Shown: positions 38,496-47,026 of the stretch, in pieces | Layout of the letters: the number at the start of each line of letters is the position of its first letter | How positions within the stretch are numbered: position 1 is the first letter of the stretch | From: Acidimicrobiia bacterium | GTDB taxonomy: Bacteria; Actinomycetota; Acidimicrobiia; Spongiisociales; ZC4RG35 | NCBI GenBank assembly: GCA_044867525.1 | Contig: JBIOVB010000024.1 | Location: 2,472-66,471 of the forward strand | Length of the DNA stretch: 64,000 nt | Direction: 5' to 3' | Notes under the pieces: model-generated | The model's database searches: none | Told to the model about the DNA's origin: nothing | What the model saw: the letters and a program-made list of their open reading frames with translations, nothing else | Made by a program: the position numbers and the translations under genes

Positions 38496-40144
38496 AAGCC
38501 GGCCAGGTGCTCGTGGATGAAGCGGACCGCCATCGCCCCTTCGCCGGTCGAGGAGGCGACCCGCTTCACGGAGCCATGACGGACGTCGCCGGCCACGAAG
38601 ATCCCCGGGACCGAGGTTTCGAAGGGCAGCGGGGACCTCTGGATGTTCCAGCCCTTGGGGTGGGGACCGCAATCGGAGCCGGAAAGGATGAATCCTCGAT
38701 CGTCACGGTCGACGTCGGCGCCAATCCAATCGGTTCGTGCCGACTGGCCGATGAATATGAACACCGCCCCGGCGGGGACGACCTCGGTCTCACCGCTGTC
38801 GAGGTCCTTGAGGACCAGTTGTTCGAGGTGGGTGTCACCACGCGCCTCGACGAGTTGGGACCGATAACGGACGAAGATGTTGTCCTCGGCCGCGATCGCA
38901 TCGATCAGGTACTGCGACATGAAATCGGCCAAGGTGTCGCCCCTGACCAGGATGGTGACACTGGACCCGAAATGGCCGAGGAACATGGCTGCCTGTCCGG
39001 CGGAGTTCCCGGCGCCGATGATGAACATCGGCTCATCGCGGTGGGCGGCACCCTCGATCCGGGAGGTCCCGTAATAGACCCCGGCTCCGGTCAGGTCCTC
39101 GACTCCCGGGGCGTCGAGCCTGGTGTAGGAGACCCCGGTGGTGATCAGCAACGCCTTGGTGCTGACCTCGGAGCCGTCGCTGAAGCCGACGGTCCGGAAC
39201 GGGTCGTTCCTGGTAACCGAGACCACTTCAGAGGGGGTGAGGATCTCAGCCCCGAATCGCGTGGCCTGGGTGACGGCCCGTCGAGCCAGATCGCTGCCGC
39301 TGACCCCCTTCGGAAACCCGAGGTAGTTCTCGATGCGCGAGCTCTGTCCCGCCTGACCGCCGGGAGCCTCGCTCTCGACGAGCAGGGTGGTCAGACCCTC
39401 CGAGGCCCCGTAGACCGCAGCGGCAAGACCTGCGGGACCGGCCCCCACGATCACAAGGTCGTAGGCAGGCTGGGCCGGTTGGGTCCTCAGACCGATCGCT
39501 CCCGCGATGTCCGACAGCGAAGGCTGGATCAAGGAGGATCCGTCCGGCAACAAGACAACCGGGAGCAGGGCCGTGCCCACGCCGATGTCTCCGAGGATGA
39601 CCTCCGCCTCCTCGTCGGTCCCGACGTCCAAGGACCGATAGGGGACCTGATTCCGGGCGAGAAATGCCCTTGTCTCGTGGGTGGCCCGGCCCCACCGGTT
39701 CCCGATCACGGTTATCCCCTCGAACCGGGGCACGAAACCGGACCACCAGTCCTCGAGGAGGTCGTCGACGATCGGGTACAACCTCTCCTCGGGCGGGTCC
39801 CAGGGTTTCATGATGTAGTGGTCGAGGGAGACCTCGTTGATCGCTGCGATGGCCGCCTCGGTGTCGGCGTAGGCCGTGAGCAGGGCCCGCTTGGCATCCG
39901 GGATCCGATCGATGGTCTGAGCCAGGAATTGGATTCCTGTCATCTCCGGCATTCGCTGGTCGACGAGGAGGAGCGCTATCGGCTCGTTGCGCAGGTTGAG
40001 CTCGCGCACCGCCTCCAGGGCTTCGGCACCAGATGCCGCGGCGACCACCCGATAGTCCTCGCCGTACTGGCGACGTAGGTCCCGCTGTACCGCGCGCAGC
40101 ACTTCTTGGTCGTCGTCGACGGTGAGGATTACGGGCTTGGGCAT
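38492..40144 (-). CDS. Fused response-regulator receiver / glutaredoxin-like / thioredoxin-reductase-like flavoprotein lacking redox cysteines
   Basis: Receiver motifs TVDDD, LLLVDQRMPEMTG, YIMKPW. Middle domain ITVIGNRWGRATHETRAFLARNQVPYRSLDV. VIVGAGPAGLAAAVY, GGQ, IIGAGNSAGQ, GIFVAGDV. The CxxC position reads YGTSRIEG. Confidence 0.85.
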   Translation of the reverse strand: MPKPVILTVDDDQEVLRAVQRDLRRQYGEDYRVVAAASGAEALEAVRELNLRNEPIALLLVDQRMPEMTGIQFLAQTIDRIPDAKRALLTAYADTEAAIAAINEVSLDHYIMKPWDPPEERLYPIVDDLLEDWWSGFVPRFEGITVIGNRWGRATHETRAFLARNQVPYRSLDVGTDEEAEVILGDIGVGTALLPVVLLPDGSSLIQPSLSDIAGAIGLRTQPAQPAYDLVIVGAGPAGLAAAVYGASEGLTTLLVESEAPGGQAGQSSRIENYLGFPKGVSGSDLARRAVTQATRFGAEILTPSEVVSVTRNDPFRTVGFSDGSEVSTKALLITTGVSYTRLDAPGVEDLTGAGVYYGTSRIEGAAHRDEPMFIIGAGNSAGQAAMFLGHFGSSVTILVRGDTLADFMSQYLIDAIAAEDNIFVRYRSQLVEARGDTHLEQLVLKDLDSGETEVVPAGAVFIFIGQSARTDWIGADVDRDDRGFILSGSDCGPHPKGWNIQRSPLPFETSVPGIFVAGDVRHGSVKRVASSTGEGAMAVRFIHEHLAGL

Positions 40145-40148
40145 CTGC

Positions 40149-40421
40149 TCAGATGAAGCGGTCGTCCGGGTAACACCATCTCCAGACCTCGCCAGGCTCG
40201 AAACTGCGCACTATCGCGTGCTCGGTTGCCGCTGCGTGCTTGCGGGCATGTGTGTTCTTCGACTGGTCACAGCAGCCGACGTTCCCACATACCAGGCAGA
40301 GACGGAGATGGACCCAGGTGTCACCGACGGCGAGGCACTCTCCGCAACCCTCACCGGCCGCCTCTACCTCCTGGATCATGTCCACGTGCTCGCACGGGGC
40401 CAGCTCACGTTGCCAGGACAT
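40149..40421 (-). CDS. UBP-type zinc-finger protein
   Basis: ATG at 40421 preceded by GGGAGGA. CEH...CGEC...HLRLCLVCGNVGCCD...H..KH pattern. Confidence 0.8.
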   Translation of the reverse strand: MSWQRELAPCEHVDMIQEVEAAGEGCGECLAVGDTWVHLRLCLVCGNVGCCDQSKNTHARKHAAATEHAIVRSFEPGEVWRWCYPDDRFI

Positions 40422-40515
40422 GATTGCGAATCCTCCCTTGACCGACGATCGACGCAAATCTAGGCCCTCTGCCCGCCGCGGGGCGCCGGGGCTTGCTCGC
40501 TCCTAGGCTCTGCGA

Positions 40516-41493
40516 ATGGTGGCGATCATCGGGTTCGGCGGGTATGTGCCGGCGCGGATCATGACCAACGAAGAATGGGCGGAGTTGGTCGACACGTCCG
40601 ACGAGTGGATCACCCAGAGAACCGGGATCAAGCGTCGCCGGGTGGCCGCGCCCGACGAGACCACGCTCACCCTCGCCGCCAACGCCGCGGAGTCGGCGAT
40701 CAAGGACGCGGGGCTGATTCCCGCCGACATCGGCGAGATCATCGTCGCCACCGACACCCCCGAGCTGTACACCCCGGACACTGCCGCGCTCCTCCAGGAC
40801 CGGCTGGGCTGTGATCACGTGCCCGCCTATGACCTCGGCGGCAGCGGCTGTGCCGGGTTCGTTCAAGCGCTCGACATCGCAAGGGCCCGCATCACGTTCG
40901 CTCCGAGGAACACCCTGGTGGTGGGTGTCGAGCTGATAACCAGGCTCATCGACTGGACAGACCGGGCCACCGCGGTCCTCTTCGGGGATGGCGCAGGTGC
41001 TGTGGTGCTCGGACCGGATCGGGGTCGCGCCGAGCTGCTCGACGTGGTGTCGGGCACGGATGGCGCCCTGGCCGACATCCTGACCCTGGCCACGGGCGGC
41101 ACCCGCAACCCTTTCAACGCGGAGGCGCTGGCCACCGGCGCCCACAAGAGATTGGTGATGGACGGTCGCCGGGTGTTCGTCGAGGCAGTGCAGCGAATGG
41201 GCTCGTCGGTTGAGGACCTGCTGAGCCGAATCGGCCGCACCACCGACGAGGTCGCCCTGGTGATCCCTCACCAGGCCAACTTGCGGATCATCGAGGCGAT
41301 CCGGAAACGCCTTGGGCTCCGGGACGATCAGGTCTACGTCAACATCCACGAATACGGGAACACCGGGTCGGCCACTGTGCCTTTCGCCCTCTCGGAGGCG
41401 ATGGGCAGCGGTCGCATCAGAGAAGGTGACCTGGTGGTGCTCACGGCATTCGGAGCCGGCCTCCACTGGGCGTCGGCGGCACTCCAGTTCTGA
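40516..41493 (+). CDS. fabH: Beta-ketoacyl-ACP synthase III
   Basis: SDEWITQRTGIKRR, GGSGCAGF (Cys), IPHQANLRII (His), EYGNTGSATVP (Asn). Confidence 0.9.
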   Translation: MVAIIGFGGYVPARIMTNEEWAELVDTSDEWITQRTGIKRRRVAAPDETTLTLAANAAESAIKDAGLIPADIGEIIVATDTPELYTPDTAALLQDRLGCDHVPAYDLGGSGCAGFVQALDIARARITFAPRNTLVVGVELITRLIDWTDRATAVLFGDGAGAVVLGPDRGRAELLDVVSGTDGALADILTLATGGTRNPFNAEALATGAHKRLVMDGRRVFVEAVQRMGSSVEDLLSRIGRTTDEVALVIPHQANLRIIEAIRKRLGLRDDQVYVNIHEYGNTGSATVPFALSEAMGSGRIREGDLVVLTAFGAGLHWASAALQF

Positions 41494-41501
41494 TCGATAT
41501 C

Positions 41502-41548
41502 AAATTGAGGGCAGGAGCATTCGTCACGAATGCTCCTGCCCTCAATTT
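41502..41548. terminator. Perfect 21-bp stem-loop between convergent genes (bidirectional terminator candidate)
   Basis: AAATTGAGGGCAGGAGCATTC...GAATGCTCCTGCCCTCAATTT. The right arm overlaps the stop codon of the minus-strand regulator. Confidence 0.7.
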
Positions 41549-42201
41549 CGGGGGCGCTCGTCGTCGGGTCTGACGTAGCCCTGGTCATATGCCAGCGCCG
41601 TCAACTCGTGGCGTGATGCAACGCTCAGCTTCTCGAAGATGTGAGCCATGTGGTTCTCCAGGGTCTTGACCCGGATTCCCATTCGGGACGCAGTCTCTCG
41701 ATAGGTGTAACCCCGGGCGATCAGGTTCACCACCTCCCGCTCCCGTGGGGTGAGCCGCGAGATCGAAGACTCGGCCACGATGTCCTCGTCGATGTCGAGC
41801 AGGTAGCCGGCGACGTCGGGTGAAACCGGGCGCGCCCCCTCATATGTCTGGTAGATCAGAGCGGGAAGGTCGGTGCCCAGCGTCGTCTTCGTGATGTACC
41901 CGTCGACACCTGCCTCCATGAGACGGGCTACGTCCTCCCGCGACGTGGAGACGGTGAGTGCCATGAAACGGACATCGGGCTGTCCGGGTCGCACGGCGTC
42001 GATCACCGAGGCCCCGCCGCCTCCGGGGAGCTTCACGTCGAGGACCACCAGTTGTGGTGCTCGCTCCCTGATGAGCTCGATGGCGCTGTCCACATTGTCG
42101 GCCTCGCCGACGATGTCGAAGGACTGGTCGAGGAGCGCCCGCATCCCGGCTCGCACCACATCGTGATCGTCGACGAGGAGGATGCGCAGCTGGTCGTCCA
42201 C
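41542..42201 (-). CDS. NarL/LuxR-family response regulator
   Basis: ILLVDDHDVVR, VVLDVKLPGGGG, and C-terminal LTPREREVVNLIARGYTYRETASRMGIRVKTLENHMAHIFEKL. Confidence 0.92.
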   Translation of the reverse strand: MDDQLRILLVDDHDVVRAGMRALLDQSFDIVGEADNVDSAIELIRERAPQLVVLDVKLPGGGGASVIDAVRPGQPDVRFMALTVSTSREDVARLMEAGVDGYITKTTLGTDLPALIYQTYEGARPVSPDVAGYLLDIDEDIVAESSISRLTPREREVVNLIARGYTYRETASRMGIRVKTLENHMAHIFEKLSVASRHELTALAYDQGYVRPDDERPRN

Positions 42202-42204
42202 TGG

Positions 42205-43386
42205 TCAGACCTCGACGGTGATCTTGATCTCGGTTCCTGCTTCGTGGTTGGAATCGATGTCCACGACGCCACCAACCCCTTCGACTCTCTTCGCCAGGCG
42301 CTCGTGGACTCGGGCTCGCATCCCGTCGTTGATGAAGCCCGATCCACGATCCCGGACATGGATGTGGGCGTCGCCGTTGTTGAACTCGGCGTAGAGCGCG
42401 ATATTGGGCGACCCGGAGTGCTTGGCAGCGTTGGCCAATGCCTCTCGGGCGGCTTCGATTGCAGCAGCGAGACTCGGGCTGAGCTGGGCGTCATCCCGGA
42501 TCACCGCCTCGATCTCAACCCGGTGGGTGTCTTCGATCTCGTCGCGCACCGCCAACAGGGATGCCCGGAAGCTATTGGGGAATTCGGAGCGCCATTCTTC
42601 GATGTTGCGGCGGAGCTCGCGTTCCTGGCGCCTGGCCAGGTATCTCGACTGGGCGGGGTCGTCGGCACCCATCCGGATGGCGTGGAGGGTCTGCAACACC
42701 GAGTCGTGCAAACGGTCGGCGAGGACAGCTCGCTGCTCGTGGAGGAGAACCACGGCCTGCTCCTCGGCGAGACGGGCCTGTGCTTCCTGACGGGCTATGT
42801 CGTAGTCCCGCAGCTTGTCGAAGGTCCATCCCACGATTGCTCCCACGACGAAGAAGATGACGCTTCCCGCTGCCCTCACAGCACCGAGTTCGGCGATGAC
42901 GTGAACCAGGAACTGTTCGACACCGAGCACCAGGGCGGCAAGCAGCGAGCCGGGCAAGCCTCCCACCAGCGCCCCGGTGAACACCAAGGAGAGCGGAAGC
43001 CCGCCGTGGAACAGCTCTTCGGCGCCGGATGCCACCGAGGCGGCCCCGATGGCGAGCATGGCGACCGCGTCGAGCAGGAACCACCCCATCGACGACATCG
43101 CCTGGGGATGGGCATGTGCCATGTACCACGTGAGCAGGGTCCAGGAGACAGCCAAGCCGGCCGCGGCGTACACGATCCAAATCGTCGGCGGCGGGTCGAC
43201 GGCGATGGTTATCGCCACCAGGATCAGCATCCAGATCAGGCCCAGGAAGCGGAAGAGGACCACCATTCGACGCAGGGTGGTCTCCAATTCGGGACTGCCC
43301 CGGTGTCGGAATCTGGCGGCGATCATTGGCGTCGAAGCTAGTGGTTGAGGCGGGGGTGGGGGACCGGGGATCGCAAATTCTCGCAT
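42205..43386 (-). CDS. Sensor histidine kinase (HisKA_3 / NarX-DesK type)
   Basis: ATG at 43386. Several TM segments. H-box LADRLHDSVLQTLHAI. NAAKHSG and DRGSGF boxes. Confidence 0.85.
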   Translation of the reverse strand: MREFAIPGPPPPPQPLASTPMIAARFRHRGSPELETTLRRMVVLFRFLGLIWMLILVAITIAVDPPPTIWIVYAAAGLAVSWTLLTWYMAHAHPQAMSSMGWFLLDAVAMLAIGAASVASGAEELFHGGLPLSLVFTGALVGGLPGSLLAALVLGVEQFLVHVIAELGAVRAAGSVIFFVVGAIVGWTFDKLRDYDIARQEAQARLAEEQAVVLLHEQRAVLADRLHDSVLQTLHAIRMGADDPAQSRYLARRQERELRRNIEEWRSEFPNSFRASLLAVRDEIEDTHRVEIEAVIRDDAQLSPSLAAAIEAAREALANAAKHSGSPNIALYAEFNNGDAHIHVRDRGSGFINDGMRARVHERLAKRVEGVGGVVDIDSNHEAGTEIKITVEV

Positions 43387-43564
43387 GGTGTGACCGAACC
43401 CTCGACCCGAAACGAAGGCCGAGGGGGACCGTCGAAACGGTCCCCCCGCGGATCCCCATTGTCGCTTCGAGGGACGTGGTTTCCCTGAAGTCCCTTGGCC
43501 ATCATCGTGTCGGTCCCGGGAATCCGGTATGGGGGATGTTCCCCCCATCCCCGACCCTGTCCCG

Positions 43565-43605
43565 AGAGGAAAAGGAGCACGGCCACCGTTAGCCGGTGGC
43601 CGTGC
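43565..43605 (-). terminator. Rho-independent terminator (read on the minus strand)
   Basis: 12-bp stem GCACGGCCACCG/CGGTGGCCGTGC (43577-43605), followed on the minus strand by TCCTTTTCC. Confidence 0.65.
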
Positions 43606-43644
43606 CTGTCAGCTTCGAGCCCTTGGAGCCCGTCGCAAGAAGAT

Positions 43645-43914
43645 TCAGATGATTTGGCCGATGACCGGAATCGCCACCATGACGGCTCCGAGAGTGGTGA
43701 GTCTGATGACGGTCGGCTTGAGGGCGGCGCGGATCGAGGTAGCGGCCAACGCCACTCCGAGGAGTATGAAGACCCACAGGCCGTCGGTGCCCATGCTCGC
43801 CAGCAGTAGGACCAGGGTGGCCAGCATCAGGCCGATCATGGCGACAAGGGCACGGGTGACCTTGCCGATCGGATGGGATGCCCAGTCTTCGACGAATGCG
43901 TTCGCTGTGGTCAT
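43645..43914 (-). CDS. Small two-TM membrane protein, hypothetical
   Basis: High GC3 and two hydrophobic helices. Lies downstream of the CrtI-like gene. Confidence 0.55.
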   Translation of the reverse strand: MTTANAFVEDWASHPIGKVTRALVAMIGLMLATLVLLLASMGTDGLWVFILLGVALAATSIRAALKPTVIRLTTLGAVMVAIPVIGQII

Positions 43915-43965
43915 AACCCCAGCGTTATCGGCGGCAATTGGCGATTTCTTTATGGGGCCGACGGC

Positions 43966-45366
43966 CTAGAGGCTGTCTTCGAGGGCGGCGCGGGCCGCGT
44001 AGAAACCACACATCCCATGAACCCCGGCACCGGGAGGCGTGGCCGACGAGCACAGGAACAGCCCCTCTCCGATCCGATAGGGCCCGGTCGTCCCCAACTG
44101 AAACACCCTTCGGGGCCCGAACCCTCCACCGGCGATGTCACCCCCGACGTAATTGGGGTTGTGGGCCTCGAGGCCCTTCGCGTCCATCGTGTGCCGGTTG
44201 ACGACTAGATCCTTGAACCCGGGAGCGAAGCGCTCGATCTGGGCCTCGATGGCTTCCGTCATGTCGATCGTCGAGCCATTGGGGACATGGGTATAGCCCC
44301 ATGCGGTGTGTTTCCCGCTGGGAGCACGGCTCGAATCGAATGCAGATGGTTGGGAGACGAGGACAAAGGGGCGGTCGGGATGCCGACCCTGGTGGACGGC
44401 GTCCTCGGCAGCCGTCACTTCCTCCCAGGTGCCTCCGACATGCACCGTCCCCGCCCGAGGGCTGGTGTCGTCCAGCCACGGAATCGGGCCGTCGAGAGCC
44501 CAGTCGACCTTGAAGACCGCCGGCCCGCCCTTCCAGGCCAGGAGTCTGCGCCGGTGCCGCGGGTCGATCCGCTCACCGGCGATTCGGAGCGCGGATGGGG
44601 GCATGACATCGAGGACGACAGCTCGGGTCGAAGGAAGCTGATCCAGGGACGAGATCAGCCGATCGGTTTCGATCGTCCCGCCGTCGTCGGTCACGACCTT
44701 CGCCAGCGCATCCGCCACCCGCTGTGACCCCCCGGCTACGAGCGGCCAACCGTAGGCGTGCCCCACGACCCCGAATAGGAGAGCTACCCCCCCGGTCAAC
44801 GGTGAACTGAACGGGGCGATGGCATGACCGGCCAGACCGGAGAGAAGAGCGCGCGCTCTCTCATTCGAGAAGCCGGAGGCAATGGTCGAGGCGGGAAGCG
44901 CCCCCCTGGTGGCGAGCCGGATGAAACTCCTCGGGTTCTTGGGGATGGGTGACAAGGGCGCCAGGTAGTCCTCGATCACCGCATCGGCGGATTCGACCAG
45001 GGGCCGCATGATTCGCAGATAGCGATCACCGTCTTCATCGAAGCCGGCGGCCGTCTCCTCCAGCTCGCGCCACAGAGCGGCAGACCGCCCCCCGTCCAGG
45101 GGGTGAGACAAGGGCAAATCGGGCTGGATCCACTCCACGTCGAGCCGGAGGTCTCTGAAGAAGGGGGATGAGATGCCCATCGGGTGGATCGCGGAGCAGA
45201 CATCGTGGAGAAAGCCCGGCAGCGTCAGCGATTCGGTTCTGGTGCCGCCCCCGATAGTCGGCCCCTGTTCCACCACCAGGACCTTGCGGCCGGCACGGGT
45301 CAACTCTGCCGCAGCTGCAAGGCCGTTGGGGCCGGCGCCGACCACAACTGCGTCGTATTCGGACAT
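43966..45366 (-). CDS. Phytoene-desaturase-family (CrtI-like) NAD(P)/FAD-dependent oxidoreductase
   Basis: YDAVVVGAGPNGLAAAAEL...VLVVEQGPTIGGG. Confidence 0.82.
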   Translation of the reverse strand: MSEYDAVVVGAGPNGLAAAAELTRAGRKVLVVEQGPTIGGGTRTESLTLPGFLHDVCSAIHPMGISSPFFRDLRLDVEWIQPDLPLSHPLDGGRSAALWRELEETAAGFDEDGDRYLRIMRPLVESADAVIEDYLAPLSPIPKNPRSFIRLATRGALPASTIASGFSNERARALLSGLAGHAIAPFSSPLTGGVALLFGVVGHAYGWPLVAGGSQRVADALAKVVTDDGGTIETDRLISSLDQLPSTRAVVLDVMPPSALRIAGERIDPRHRRRLLAWKGGPAVFKVDWALDGPIPWLDDTSPRAGTVHVGGTWEEVTAAEDAVHQGRHPDRPFVLVSQPSAFDSSRAPSGKHTAWGYTHVPNGSTIDMTEAIEAQIERFAPGFKDLVVNRHTMDAKGLEAHNPNYVGGDIAGGGFGPRRVFQLGTTGPYRIGEGLFLCSSATPPGAGVHGMCGFYAARAALEDSL

Positions 45367-45452
45367 CAGCGTTGATTGTGGCGCGAACGCCTTCCTTCCC
45401 AGGTCTCGCCCCGGGCTCGCGATCGTCGCCGCTCTGCTACAACCGCCGGAGA

Positions 45453-46244
45453 TTGAGACTCAGAGACCGGGTGATCCTCGTCACCGGCGCTTCGGGCATC
45501 GCCGGAGCCGGCGCCAGGCTGTTCGCGACCGAGGGGGCGTCGGTGTTCATCGTCGCCATCGAAGAGGCGCAGTGCGCAACCCTGGCGGGGTCGCTATCCA
45601 AGGCTGTTGGTGCCGAAGCCGGGTACGCAGTCGCCGATCTCACCGTGGAGCTCGAGGCCGAGTCGGCGTTCGCAGAGTGCGTGTCGCGTTTCGGGAGGAT
45701 CGACGGGGTGCTCGCCGCGGCCGGCTCCAGTGGCCGGAGATTTGGGGACGGAACGACCGCGGAGATACCGGGTTCTGGATGGGAGCGGACTGTCGAAGCC
45801 AATCTCGTCCCTCCCTTTCTCGCGGCGCGCGAGGCGGTCCGGGTCATGGCCCCTAGGGCCGGGGGCAAGGGCGGATCGATCGTGCTCTTGGGGAGTGTGC
45901 TCGCCAGCCATCCGTCGGACCTGTTCCAGACCCACGCCTATGCCGCGGCCAAGGGTGGGATCGTGGCCCTGAGCCGCGCCATGGCGTCGGCCCACGCCGC
46001 AGACGGGATCCGGGTAAACGTGCTCGCTCCGGGGTTAGTGCGGACACCGATGTCGGAGAGGGCGGCCAACGATCCCGATACCGTCGCCTACGCCCGCGTC
46101 AAGCAGCCCTTGGCCGGCGGCTTCCTCGATCCCGACGACGTCGCCAGGGCCGCCCTTTTCCTGCTCTCAGACGATTCGTCGCGTATCACCGGTCAAGTGC
46201 TCGAGGTCGACGGGGGCTGGGGCGTCACCGAGGCCAGGGCCTGA
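45453..46244 (+). CDS. Short-chain dehydrogenase/reductase (SDR)
   Basis: VILVTGASGIAG and YAAAKGG (YxxxK). Start is TTG 45453 or GTG 45471. Confidence 0.85.
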   Translation: MRLRDRVILVTGASGIAGAGARLFATEGASVFIVAIEEAQCATLAGSLSKAVGAEAGYAVADLTVELEAESAFAECVSRFGRIDGVLAAAGSSGRRFGDGTTAEIPGSGWERTVEANLVPPFLAAREAVRVMAPRAGGKGGSIVLLGSVLASHPSDLFQTHAYAAAKGGIVALSRAMASAHAADGIRVNVLAPGLVRTPMSERAANDPDTVAYARVKQPLAGGFLDPDDVARAALFLLSDDSSRITGQVLEVDGGWGVTEARA

Positions 46245-46282
46245 TCGGGGGCCGCGGGTCCGGCTCCGAGACTCGTGCAACT

Positions 46283-46292
46283 TGTCTAGACA
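46283..46292. promoter_or_regulatory. Palindrome TGTCTAGACA (core GTCTAGAC) upstream of deoC; HutC/GntR-type operator candidate
   Basis: Fits GT-M-TA-K-AC. Lies 30 nt upstream of the deoC ATG. Confidence 0.5.
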
Positions 46293-46321
46293 TATCTCGA
46301 TATCCGGGCGACACTTGACCG

Positions 46322-47026
46322 ATGGAGCCCACTGCCCTCACAGTGTTCGATGTCACCTACGAGCAACTTGCGGGGACTATCGACCATTCCCTGCTCAAGC
46401 CGCAACTGACCCTGAGTGAGGTCTCTGCCGGATGTGCGATTGCTGCGAGCTACGAGGTGGCTTCGGTATGTGTGCGACCCGCAGATGTGCCGCTGGCTGC
46501 AAAGGAGCTCGCGGGGACCGCGGTGGCCGTTGGCACCGTGGTCGCTTTCCCGCATGGCGACAGCGCGACCGGGATCAAGATCGTCGAGGCCCGCCGCGCC
46601 ATCGATGACGGTGCCGTGGAGCTGGACATGGTGCTCAATATCGGATGGCTCCTCTCCGGGGCCTACGCGGATGTGGAGAGCGACATCAGGGCAGTCGTCG
46701 AGGAGTCCGGCGGCGATGCCATCGTCAAGGTGATCCTGGAGAACGCCTACCTCGACGACTCGGAGAAGGTGAAGGCGTGTCAGCTGGTGGAGGCGGCGGG
46801 GGCCGACTATGTGAAGACCTCGACCGGCTATGCCCCCTCGGGAGCGACCCTTGAGGACCTGCGGCTGATGCGGGCCAGCGTCGGACCTTCCGTCAAGGTG
46901 AAAGCTGCACATGGAGTGCGCACCCTCGATGCGCTGCTCGCAGTGATCGAAGCGGGGGCCGATCGTTGCGGGGCAACGGCCACAGCGGCCATGCTCGACG
47001 ACTACCGGAGCCGGGTCACGGGCTGA
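46322..47026 (+). CDS. deoC: Deoxyribose-phosphate aldolase
   Basis: IDHSLLKP, SVCV, and VKTSTGY (Schiff-base Lys). Confidence 0.88.
   Translation: MEPTALTVFDVTYEQLAGTIDHSLLKPQLTLSEVSAGCAIAASYEVASVCVRPADVPLAAKELAGTAVAVGTVVAFPHGDSATGIKIVEARRAIDDGAVELDMVLNIGWLLSGAYADVESDIRAVVEESGGDAIVKVILENAYLDDSEKVKACQLVEAAGADYVKTSTGYAPSGATLEDLRLMRASVGPSVKVKAAHGVRTLDALLAVIEAGADRCGATATAAMLDDYRSRVTG

Noticed and set aside
38507-40078. 523-aa plus-strand ORF
   Set aside because: It is antisense to the receiver/TrxR-like gene. The translation is Gly/Arg/Pro/Asp-rich with no motifs, the usual shadow ORF of GC-rich DNA.
40405-41466. 353-aa minus-strand ORF
   Set aside because: It is antisense to fabH, which has the full Cys-His-Asn triad.
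42052-43341. 429-aa plus-strand ORF
   Set aside because: It is antisense to the HisKA_3 kinase and has no motifs.
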